A program made the translations under genes and the position numbers. Below the pieces are notes generated by a model that did no database searches, was not told the origin of the DNA, and saw only the letters and a list, made by a program, of their open reading frames with translations. DNA of 36,768 nt from a virus (lineage: Duplodnaviria > Caudoviricetes), in IMG/VR virus record IMGVR_UViG_3300050132_000219, positions 1 through 36,768 of that record; one strand, written 5' to 3'. How positions within the stretch are numbered: position 1 is the stretch's first letter; each line of letters starts with the position of its first letter. Of this stretch, positions 16,820-25,383 are shown piece by piece.

Positions 16820-18853
16820 TTATAACCTTGAACCGTATTGCAGCGGGTACTTATTTGCCTGCGGGCTATACTTCTGGGCAATGCTTAGGGCTGCTTGCCA
16901 GGTGGGTGCGGGCTTGGGGAGGACTGGACCACCGTGGGCGAAGCCTGTTGGTTTCAACAAGCTGTCTGTTCCTTGCAACGACTCTGCCAAGGCATTCAGT
17001 TCATCCATGGAAGCGTACCCGCCAAACTTAGCCTTTGCAGCCTTCATAAATTCAGGAGAGGTTGATCCGGTGAGACGTGATAAATCTTCCAACCCACTAT
17101 TCTGCAAATCTCCCACATCACTCCACTGGCCCGACTTGACAAAGTCCTGAACGAAGGGCAGGTACTCGTCGTTGGGCTTCTGGTTGGCTTTACCTTTGAT
17201 TTGGATGATGGAATTGACCGGATTGTCGTTGGCCAATCTGGTCATGTTTTGATTTACAGCTGTCAAAAAAGCTGCAGAGGGGTCATTGGGTGTTCCTGGA
17301 TTTACCTCATTGGCGAGTGCTTCATTTTGAGCTTGCTCTCTGAACTTCTCTAAGTGGTCTGTGCCATAACTTTGTTGAGGCCTCGTCTCCACAGTCACAT
17401 GTGGCACCCCTTTGGCATCGCGCAGGCTGAAGATGTTGCTCTTGCCCGACAGCACGTCGTCAGCATAGCCGCCCACACAGTGGCCCATGGTGTCGCCTTC
17501 GTACTTGAGGGCGTCTTGTAGAGACTCAGCTCGTTCCTTACGTTGATACAGACCTAGCGCTTCTTGGGGTGTCGCGCCTACTGACACGCTCTGCCCTGTA
17601 GATTGATCAATGATGCCATACTGGTCTGGAAAACCGCTGACAGGCCCAGGTACAGGTCCTTCTGCGAGTGTGGGTTCCGGAGCCGTCAACTGCACCCACC
17701 GCAGACCCTTCGGGTTGGGCGTTGCGTCGCTATGAGGATACTCTTTGTGCAGGACGGTCGCTGCGTTGTTGGCGATTGCCTCATTAGCCGCAACCGTCTG
17801 GTCCTCACGCCATGCGTTGATCTTGCTGACCCGTTCCACAGCATCAGGCACGCTCAGCCGGGCCAGACTCTCGGGCTTGAGTTGCAGGTTGGCAGGCAGG
17901 CCCGACGCGGGGTCTGTGGCGTTGCGTAGCTCGTCGATGAGATGGTCGAAGCCGAGGTCTGCCACGCTAGAGTTAGAAGAAGCATTGTAAACAGGCGTTT
18001 TTGGGGGCACCTTGCGTAGCCATGAATTAGCCATCTCGGTCATTGAAGGCGTAGGCTGCGGCCCAGGAAAAGGTGTAAGCCACTGTTCTGCAATGTTAGG
18101 ATCTATCGCGTTATCTGACAAGACTTCCCACTGTTTAGCAAGCTGTGTTTGCCCCGCACCGAGCCTAGGAAAGCCACTGTTTTCTCGATTTAAAGCTGTG
18201 GTAAAGGTGGGTGGGTTGATAGGCACCATCTCGGGTTGCATATGCAACACCCCACGCTCAGCCAGCGCCCGGATAGGATCCTCCGGCGTGGCCATGTCGT
18301 TCTTGACATAACGGGTGAGCTGTTTGTCAATGAAGTTGTTGACCGCCGCGTCTCTAACTTCTACTGGAAAAGGTGCTTTTAACCCAACAGGTATATCACT
18401 CTTCAACCCACCCAACGCTCCCTCCACACTCCCATTCAGCCAATTGCCGCCCGGCCCTTTGATGACGCCCTGCTGAGCCAACAACCCACCCGTCATCGGC
18501 CCTGGAGCCAGACTCAGAGCACGCTTGGCTATGCCTGAGGCCACAGGCAGCACCTGCATCGCAGTGCCAATGGGGAAGCCCACCTCCGCTCCACGCCGAA
18601 CGCTGGCGTTCCGGCTGCTAGCGTCTGGGTCTAGTACGCTGCCCTGAGACAGCTCGTCAGGAGCGCTACCCATTAGCCCCGCTAGTGCTCCGTACAGCGT
18701 CGGGTATTGTGAGCGCAGTTCGCTTTCGGTTTGGGGCTGGATGATGTTGGCGTCGAGGACGCTGCCACCTTGAGCGTAAGGCATTGGAGCACCCACCACG
18801 CTCGACAGTTGTTTCAGTGTGCGACCTTTGGAGGCAGTTAGATTGACGGGCAT
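16820..18853 (-). CDS. 677-aa protein with a PcfJ-like domain (putative virion-packaged protein)
   Basis: LKYEGDTMGHCVGGY...IFSLRD...PHVTVE...IIQIKGKAN. Confidence 0.65.
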   Translation of the reverse strand: MPVNLTASKGRTLKQLSSVVGAPMPYAQGGSVLDANIIQPQTESELRSQYPTLYGALAGLMGSAPDELSQGSVLDPDASSRNASVRRGAEVGFPIGTAMQVLPVASGIAKRALSLAPGPMTGGLLAQQGVIKGPGGNWLNGSVEGALGGLKSDIPVGLKAPFPVEVRDAAVNNFIDKQLTRYVKNDMATPEDPIRALAERGVLHMQPEMVPINPPTFTTALNRENSGFPRLGAGQTQLAKQWEVLSDNAIDPNIAEQWLTPFPGPQPTPSMTEMANSWLRKVPPKTPVYNASSNSSVADLGFDHLIDELRNATDPASGLPANLQLKPESLARLSVPDAVERVSKINAWREDQTVAANEAIANNAATVLHKEYPHSDATPNPKGLRWVQLTAPEPTLAEGPVPGPVSGFPDQYGIIDQSTGQSVSVGATPQEALGLYQRKERAESLQDALKYEGDTMGHCVGGYADDVLSGKSNIFSLRDAKGVPHVTVETRPQQSYGTDHLEKFREQAQNEALANEVNPGTPNDPSAAFLTAVNQNMTRLANDNPVNSIIQIKGKANQKPNDEYLPFVQDFVKSGQWSDVGDLQNSGLEDLSRLTGSTSPEFMKAAKAKFGGYASMDELNALAESLQGTDSLLKPTGFAHGGPVLPKPAPTWQAALSIAQKYSPQANKYPLQYGSRL

Positions 18854-18908
18854 TAGACCGGGCCTCCAGGGTTAAATAGTGAGTATTCGCGCAATTTTAG
18901 CCGACAAT

Positions 18909-20477
18909 TTAGCCATACGGGTTTACTTTCGCTTGTCTGCGGGCGACGTAGTCCACATCTTGCGCTTCTTCTTCAGCAACTTGAACCTCTAGCTGACCTG
19001 TGTCTCGTAAGTACAAGGCTATCTGCGTCATGCAGTCCACCATTTCATCGTGCTCTCCCGCTGGGAACTGCTCCAGCTGTTCCAGCATCTGATTACACCA
19101 CGTGCGTGACTTGCCGCGTGTCTTCGCGCTCTCCAACAGCCACCAGTTGTCATTCTCGAGCAATGGCGCTGTCATGTGGGCACGAGAAATCTTATCCGCT
19201 CTGCCCGGGTTGTACGGCACAGCAGGTATGTTAGACAGATGCAAGTCCTGCAGCAACGATTGACCTGAACCTTTGTTCTCAACCAGGATGATGTCCGCAC
19301 GGCGCGAGGGCTTCATAATCTTCTTCTTGTCGCCCCCGTAGCGAGCGCCCCAATCATCTATGACACGCTTCTTCAGCTTAGGATAAGACAGATGCTCGTT
19401 CCAGCAATCTAGTAACAGCACGTTGATTCGCTTCTCGTATTCAAACAGACCCCAGACCTGACAGCCCGTAGGGTCTCCCGAAGTCTTCTCCGTGAATGCG
19501 GTGTCTATTGACTGCCCTACCCATATCAAGTCCGGCATCTCCTTGTCACAAGGCCAGAGCCTGAACTTGTCGGTCTTGAGTATGCCGCCACCGGCAGGCG
19601 AAGGTCGTTGTTGGAGTTGGCCAGCCGTGCCGTAGGTGCCCAGAGATACTTTAAGACTGTCAATCTCAGTTCGGCCAAAGCGTTCAGGGCATATCAACTC
19701 TCCTTCCTTGGTGCGAGGATCATATGGCCCTAGAATAGTTTTACGCTTAGTAAGTTCGTACTCGGCTGGAATGCACACATGCTCCCATACTCCTACTTGA
19801 TTCTGTATAACCCCGCTGATGTCTTTGTGGTGAAGACGCTGCATGACCACAACCATTGCATCTTCTTTTGGGTTGTTAAGGCGGGTACTCCATACCATAT
19901 TGAACCATTCAATAGCACTTTCTCGCATAGCGTCAGACTGGGCATCCTGCGCGCCATGAGGGTCGTCCAGGATCAATCTACTGCCCCCTTCACCTGTTGC
20001 AGTACCACCTACTGAAGTTGCAATGCGATAGCCCGTGCGATCGTTTTCAAATCGCTGCTTAGCCGACTGATCTCCAGATAAAGAGAACCGGTCTCCCCAT
20101 CGCTCTTGGTACCAGGGAGACTGCACAAGACGCCGAGCCTTCAGGTTGTCACGTATGGATAGCACAGAAGAGTAGGACGCAGAAAGGTACTTCTCATCTG
20201 GTCTAGACAGCCACTCCCAGCACCCCCACATCACGCTTACGATGATGGACTTGCTGTGACGAGGAGGGATGTTTATGAGCAACCGTGTTATGTGCCCCTC
20301 GGTTATGGCCTGGAGATGATCGCAAATCACTTGAATGTGCCAGGACTCAATGAATGGCACTCCGGGCTCCACCACATGCCATGCCTGCTTAACAAACTCG
20401 TACAATGACTTTTCAGCTACTCTTTTACTTTGCTCTTTAGCAATAGCTTCGAGTATGATTTGAGGAGAAAGACTCAT
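18909..20477 (-). CDS. terL: Terminase large subunit
   Basis: INIPPRHSKS Walker A, LILDDPH Walker B, VMQRLH motif and nuclease motifs SIDTA, VENKGSG, HDEMVD. Confidence 0.95.
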   Translation of the reverse strand: MSLSPQIILEAIAKEQSKRVAEKSLYEFVKQAWHVVEPGVPFIESWHIQVICDHLQAITEGHITRLLINIPPRHSKSIIVSVMWGCWEWLSRPDEKYLSASYSSVLSIRDNLKARRLVQSPWYQERWGDRFSLSGDQSAKQRFENDRTGYRIATSVGGTATGEGGSRLILDDPHGAQDAQSDAMRESAIEWFNMVWSTRLNNPKEDAMVVVMQRLHHKDISGVIQNQVGVWEHVCIPAEYELTKRKTILGPYDPRTKEGELICPERFGRTEIDSLKVSLGTYGTAGQLQQRPSPAGGGILKTDKFRLWPCDKEMPDLIWVGQSIDTAFTEKTSGDPTGCQVWGLFEYEKRINVLLLDCWNEHLSYPKLKKRVIDDWGARYGGDKKKIMKPSRRADIILVENKGSGQSLLQDLHLSNIPAVPYNPGRADKISRAHMTAPLLENDNWWLLESAKTRGKSRTWCNQMLEQLEQFPAGEHDEMVDCMTQIALYLRDTGQLEVQVAEEEAQDVDYVARRQAKVNPYG

Positions 20478-21205
20478 AGTACCCTAGTCTTACCTGTATG
20501 CTTTGATCTACTTTGATGCTTACCTAATGGCCCAGGTAAAGTAGTCATACCACAAACGTTGCAAGACCAAGATTGGCTATTTGTTACTTTGCAGCCCTTC
20601 GGCCCCCCAATCTTTCCACCGAGTTTGCCCATCATAGACATATGCTCTGGGTGTTCAATAGCATGCTTTTTAGCGGCAATACCAATTTTATAGTTACTGT
20701 CTATCGTTTTGCCATCCCTCATATGTTGAGCTAATACTTGGCGCTCAAATGCTGACATACTGGCAAAACGGGCTTTAAGTATTTTTGATCTTTTTTCTGG
20801 ACTATTCTTTGCGCGCATCTTTTTAACTATCAACGCGTACAACTCAGGAGATCGTTTAGCGTGCTCTTTTAACGCCCCGGCTCTAATATCGTCTGGATGA
20901 AATGCTTTTCCACACCCACGATTGTAAAAAGAGTCAGATAGTACAGCGTCATGTAATGTGATTAAACTTACCTCGACATTCAGTACATAGTCCACGTCAC
21001 CTTGAACTACTATTTGCTTTTTAAATCTAACTGGATCCGCTCTAAACAAAAGGGCTATTATTTTGCTATTAGTAAAATAAGTAATACCTAGGTCTTCAGG
21101 TGCACATCCTCTTGCATATCGAACGCCAATGTACTGTCTATCTGTTTCTAAGTCAGTAAGTTTGTAAACATATGGCTGAGACTCAGTTCCAACTTTGTAT
21201 CGCAT
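20474..21205 (-). CDS. Freestanding GIY-YIG-like homing endonuclease
   Basis: YVYKL...YIGVR...YFT.S...E...FYN. AT-rich, with a C-terminal CxxC...H motif; sits between terS and terL. Confidence 0.75.
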   Translation of the reverse strand: MRYKVGTESQPYVYKLTDLETDRQYIGVRYARGCAPEDLGITYFTNSKIIALLFRADPVRFKKQIVVQGDVDYVLNVEVSLITLHDAVLSDSFYNRGCGKAFHPDDIRAGALKEHAKRSPELYALIVKKMRAKNSPEKRSKILKARFASMSAFERQVLAQHMRDGKTIDSNYKIGIAAKKHAIEHPEHMSMMGKLGGKIGGPKGCKVTNSQSWSCNVCGMTTLPGPLGKHQSRSKHTGKTRVL

Positions 21206-21207
21206 AG

Positions 21208-21837
21208 TTAGACCTCAATCACGTCCACAGTTTTAGACATTAACTGTTGCATTTGAGTTAACTCCACATCGCTTAGCCCGCGGAGGTTTAATGCTGCGAT
21301 AGTTATTGGCCCACCATTAACTCCGCTAATTTCAGTCACTGTCTTATCTCCATACATCTTCGGCAGCATCTTCGAGAGCTGCCACTTCAAGGTCTCAACC
21401 TGGAGCCGCTTGCTGGCGATAACGTCAGGACTCAAAGGCGCGAGCTCTGTAGTCAACTTCGGAGTGCCGTCTTTCTCGTACAGCAAGAGCCCGTCTTTGT
21501 CTCTTGCATGGACCTGGATAAACGAATGTGTTTCGGCCGCAAGGCTTTGGATTTTGTCAGCCAGGTGGAGGTAACCGTCTTCCCGGGCACTCGCATACTG
21601 TGCGGCAACTATTTCACTCTCTCTACCCCAGTGCAGTACCGTTGAGGGTTTAGCCCCTTGCACCTTTGTGCATGCTTCCTGCAAACTAACCCCGTCTTTT
21701 AGCAACTCGCAAACGGCATCCATTATTTTTTGTTGCGGCGTCTTTACGGCATTAGCTACTGCATTAGTTACTGCATTAGTTACTGCATTTACAACTCGTG
21801 AACGCGCCGGACGTAAAGGGGTTAATGTTCGTGCCAT
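21208..21837 (-). CDS. terS: Terminase small subunit (Sf6/P22-like)
   Basis: HTH (GVSLQEAC...STVLHW), QYASAR, RLQVETLKWQLSKMLPKMYGDK and EISGVNGGPI. Confidence 0.88.
   Translation of the reverse strand: MARTLTPLRPARSRVVNAVTNAVTNAVANAVKTPQQKIMDAVCELLKDGVSLQEACTKVQGAKPSTVLHWGRESEIVAAQYASAREDGYLHLADKIQSLAAETHSFIQVHARDKDGLLLYEKDGTPKLTTELAPLSPDVIASKRLQVETLKWQLSKMLPKMYGDKTVTEISGVNGGPITIAALNLRGLSDVELTQMQQLMSKTVDVIEV
21749..21789. repeat. 12-bp tandem repeat, 3 copies, in the terS 5' end
   Basis: GCATTAG(C/T)TACT x3, encoding NAVT-NAVT-NAVA. Confidence 0.9.
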
Positions 21838-21933
21838 AGTGACTCCAAATCCAAGATAACCAATTCAGGCGCAACTAACTGCGCACTTCAGTTTTTGGTG
21901 TTGATATTTATTTTAACACTGCACCTCGTTGAA

Positions 21934-22050
21934 GGCTTTACTTTTTATTCCCACCCGGATAACCGCAAATACTGCAGCACCGTGTCTTTGGCTTTACTTT
22001 TTATTCACACCCGGATAACCGCAAATACTGCAGCACCATGTCTTTGGCTT
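21934..22050. repeat. 56-bp tandem duplication of the VRR-NUC 3' end
   Basis: 21934-21989 versus 21990-22045 differ at 2 positions. Confidence 0.95.
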
Positions 22051-22432
22051 CAGCGTACCCTTTACATACCCGGACTTGGTACCCTTTTAACAGTAACTGC
22101 TTATGCACCAATTTCTGCACTTCCGAAGTTACCGCCGTTTTTGCTTCGGACTTCATCTCCACAAAGAGCCCATGGAAGGCCCTACGTGGCTCCAGGATCA
22201 TCAAATCCGGAAAACCTGATAGGAGGCCCTCTGCAACCAGCCGGACTCGATGTAGGCCCGATACCGCGGCTCCATTGGGCACTGCCACTATCAACACGTC
22301 AGGATAAAACGTCCGGACATGCATGACTAGCCTTACCTGAGCACTATGCTCGGTCTTTACTTTCGGCATTGTCGAGGACTTTGCCTTACTAGTGGTTTTT
22401 AGTTTTCGCATTTGATGAGTCAGTTGTAACAA
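22001..22432 (-). CDS. VRR-NUC domain nuclease (start codon uncertain)
   Basis: TEH..Q, VPNG, GLLSGFPDL and FVEMKS...S..Q. Confidence 0.88.
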   Translation of the reverse strand: MLQLTHQMRKLKTTSKAKSSTMPKVKTEHSAQVRLVMHVRTFYPDVLIVAVPNGAAVSGLHRVRLVAEGLLSGFPDLMILEPRRAFHGLFVEMKSEAKTAVTSEVQKLVHKQLLLKGYQVRVCKGYAEAKDMVLQYLRLSGCE

Positions 22433-22439
22433 ATGTAAC

Positions 22440-22790
22440 AGAGGCCTCTTTTTTCAAGTCCTCGCAGTTAACCTAGTTTACGTTAGGCCTAACGTAAATA
22501 CACACACACACACAAAAATTCTCACGTGCGGGCCCAAAAAATTGGTCTTTAAACTGTGGGCTAATGTAATCTACGATTATATATATTCTTATTATTATAT
22601 ATATAAAATATCCTTTAAAATCATAGACCTTAGTTCACATGGTTTTTTTTCCAAAAAGGTAAGTTTACGTACTTCAAAACAAGAGAACAAAGATTTCGAT
22701 CTTTTTCAAAAAGTAGACCTTTTCTAAAAGTCGGCACGTAAACTTAAGACTTCATGTCTAAACTCATGTGGACTTGACATGAGGCCTTTG
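22440..22790. other. AT-rich non-coding region, putative replication origin
   Basis: 22-bp perfect palindrome at 22477-22498, recurring AGTTTACGT, (CA)n tract and TA-rich stretch, just downstream of the primase gene. Confidence 0.55.
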
Positions 22791-22794
22791 AGAG

Positions 22795-25284
22795 TTAATG
22801 CCTTAAAAACTTGAGCTGTACAGATGGTGTGGTCTTGGTTTTTACCACTCGTTGGACTAGTTGCCGGTTGGCAATTAAGGTCTCAATTGCAGGCAAGGCC
22901 CGTTTTTTAGACCAGTTCATAGTGTAAGTTACAGCTGATTGTTTGACCCATCCGTCATCGCTTTCGCCCTCGTCGGTCATCTTCTTCACACGGTAAAGAA
23001 GCTTTATTGCGTCTCTCATCTCCTCGGAGACGCCGCCCATATCGTTATGCAGGAAGTCCAGTAATACGTCATTGGAGGCATCGATAAATTCCTTGGCCCA
23101 GTGCAGCATGGCTTTAGTAATCACCGGATTTTCGGGGCAATCCCACACAGCCAAAACTCCCGCGATGCGCTCCAGCTTCTCGATTGCCCTGGTGCCGTAA
23201 GCACCGAAGAACTGGACATTCTCGTCCTTTTGGTAGCGGTCTGTCCAGGTTTGCATGGCCTTTTCGATACCTAGAAAGTGAGAGATTGGCCTGTCGGCCG
23301 ACGGCGCCCAAGCCAGTTTAAGGCCTGCTGTTTCTACAGAAGCGGGCACTTTGAAAGGTTGGACTTGCCACCGTTTCTCTACACCTTCACGCCCTTTGGC
23401 GATGAGTAACCGGCCCATCAGGCCATCAGACACATTGTCTTCAGACACCGAAGTTGCCAGTTTTTCTATCGTGGTCACCCCAAAAAAAGACACTGACGGA
23501 TGAGCAATCACACGCTGAACCGTGTTGACAGCGGTCCTGGCTTTTACCCGGCAATGGTATGCAGGATCGCGCCCAGCGGAGAACAGTTCTAACAAAGTGC
23601 TGGTCAGCATGATCATGTGCGCCGGTGCGTTTTTGTCATTCATACTGGACAAAAGATGCCCGGCTTCATCGACCAGGACCAGACTGCCGGAACCGTCAGG
23701 GATAGCATCCTGAAGACCTTGACCCGACGCCGGATTGCCGATGTGGCAGCCACCGCCGGCACTGAGGATCCTCCCCGCGGCATGGCGTACTATGTCTTTA
23801 CCAGTCCCGGTCTTGGCGATACCGAGGCCATAAAGATTGAGCCGCATGCCCGATGGCAAGTAATAATGGCCACCGCAAGCGCCGGCCATACCGATGAGGA
23901 CACCCAGCAGCGTAAGTTCAGGCTGTGGCACATGGGCAGAAAGCAAGACCGCGGAAACCAGGTCTTGCATGACACCAGGGAAAGGCTCTGGAAACGTTTT
24001 TAACGCCCTGGCCTTGCGTACGCTTACCGACGGCGTTTCAGACTGTCCTATGGCTTCCTGGTGGGTTGTAGGTTGGGCGGTAGGCTCAGTGACAACCTCT
24101 GTGTCTACTGAAACTAGACTTGACTGGGTATAAACTTGCGCTAATTCGGCCATTGCCTTATGGGACGGCAAAGTAGTGACGTCTAACTGTAAGAAAGGGT
24201 CAATAGGGTCAAGACGGCCGAACTTATAAACTCGTACCAAATCGAACGCATTCAAGGCCTTGCCTTGCGAGTTGTAGGGCGCATGATTCTGCATATTGAT
24301 CAAGTGCAGTTGGTCAGAATGAATGTAGGCCCCGCCTTCACCGCCGCTGCCATGGAGAAAATTCAATCTTCTCCCGTCCCACTGACCATCACTGTTTTCT
24401 ATAAAAGTGAACTGATCCGGGATAATACTTGTAAGCGCTTCGATGATAGAGACCTTGGTATTAAACTCGCCGACAAGGCCATAAGCCTGCCGTGGGTCTT
24501 TAAGAACCTGGTCACCGTTATCAAGCAATGTCGGATTGAGATCAGGACTTGCCGCCTCATTGAACTTACACAAGGCTGTGCAAAGCTCATTTGCACCAGG
24601 CAATAAACCACTACGTTGGATGAAAGGGTCCACTCCTTTTTCAATGACCGGATTTGCCGTGTAATGTAACTGCACTGGAGATAGAACAGACTTGTCAATA
24701 CTGAGATTATTATGCTCGGCCCAGCGTTTCCATTGCCGGCCGGAAACCGGTTTGTCAAGCCAAAACCAGACATGGGCGCGCAGAGAGTTAGGATCTCTGG
24801 AAGTATGCCCCGCGGAAGAGGATAACTGCCAATAAGCAGCAAGATCATGGAATGGTAAAGGCAAGGTCTCTGTGACCCATTGCCGGACACATTCTGCAGG
24901 ATTTACCGTTGGTGAGACCGTTGGGGTAAATGAGTCAATATCGAACATGACCCAATGCTTCGGAGTGTCACTGAAGTTAGTAAGTGTCCGCGTTATTTTC
25001 GATGCGCTCTCAGGACCTATTTCCAAGTCTTTATTTGGAGTGCCACGAATAGCTGCAAATTGGGGGTGAGCAGCCGCCTCATCAAGAATGGTTGCTAAGT
25101 GTTTCAAACTCTTGACGGGCTTGACAACAACGCGGAAATACTTCGCAGTGTCATAGTCCTTGATATGGCCATTCTGCCAAACTTTGGTAAGCACCAAAGG
25201 ACTGCGGCATTTAAGAAACGTAATAGTATCTTTATTTGTACGTGTGTTTACACTTACATTGTCTGTAATGAGATTTGTCGACAT
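22795..25284 (-). CDS. Primase-helicase (primase-like N-terminus plus DUF3987-like NTPase)
   Basis: MFDID, SSSAG and RAHVWFWL in the N-terminus. Walker A AKTGTGKD, Walker B LVDE and DGLMGR in the C-terminus. Confidence 0.8.
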   Translation of the reverse strand: MSTNLITDNVSVNTRTNKDTITFLKCRSPLVLTKVWQNGHIKDYDTAKYFRVVVKPVKSLKHLATILDEAAAHPQFAAIRGTPNKDLEIGPESASKITRTLTNFSDTPKHWVMFDIDSFTPTVSPTVNPAECVRQWVTETLPLPFHDLAAYWQLSSSAGHTSRDPNSLRAHVWFWLDKPVSGRQWKRWAEHNNLSIDKSVLSPVQLHYTANPVIEKGVDPFIQRSGLLPGANELCTALCKFNEAASPDLNPTLLDNGDQVLKDPRQAYGLVGEFNTKVSIIEALTSIIPDQFTFIENSDGQWDGRRLNFLHGSGGEGGAYIHSDQLHLINMQNHAPYNSQGKALNAFDLVRVYKFGRLDPIDPFLQLDVTTLPSHKAMAELAQVYTQSSLVSVDTEVVTEPTAQPTTHQEAIGQSETPSVSVRKARALKTFPEPFPGVMQDLVSAVLLSAHVPQPELTLLGVLIGMAGACGGHYYLPSGMRLNLYGLGIAKTGTGKDIVRHAAGRILSAGGGCHIGNPASGQGLQDAIPDGSGSLVLVDEAGHLLSSMNDKNAPAHMIMLTSTLLELFSAGRDPAYHCRVKARTAVNTVQRVIAHPSVSFFGVTTIEKLATSVSEDNVSDGLMGRLLIAKGREGVEKRWQVQPFKVPASVETAGLKLAWAPSADRPISHFLGIEKAMQTWTDRYQKDENVQFFGAYGTRAIEKLERIAGVLAVWDCPENPVITKAMLHWAKEFIDASNDVLLDFLHNDMGGVSEEMRDAIKLLYRVKKMTDEGESDDGWVKQSAVTYTMNWSKKRALPAIETLIANRQLVQRVVKTKTTPSVQLKFLRH

Positions 25285-25344
25285 AATCTTATTTATGGTT
25301 TTTTATGTGTAAAGTTGATGGCCTTAACTGAAACTAAGGTTGTC

Positions 25345-25380
25345 TTAAAGCCCTATCAAAGTAATTTGACGGGGCTTTAA
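25345..25380. other. Intergenic hairpin
   Basis: TTAAAGCCCtaTCAAA-GTAA-TTTGAcgGGGCTTTAA. Confidence 0.55.
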
Positions 25381-25383
25381 ATT

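Noticed and set aside
20474-21205. Group I intron around the endonuclease at terS/terL (likewise 5721-6545)
   Set aside because: The flanking genes look complete and there is no non-coding room for an intron core.
21934-22050. Prophage att site or DGR template/variable repeat pair
   Set aside because: The copies are adjacent, and no integrase or reverse transcriptase is present in the window.
22542-22727. 61-aa plus-strand ORF in the AT-rich region
   Set aside because: TTG start, no SD and low-complexity composition, within the putative origin.
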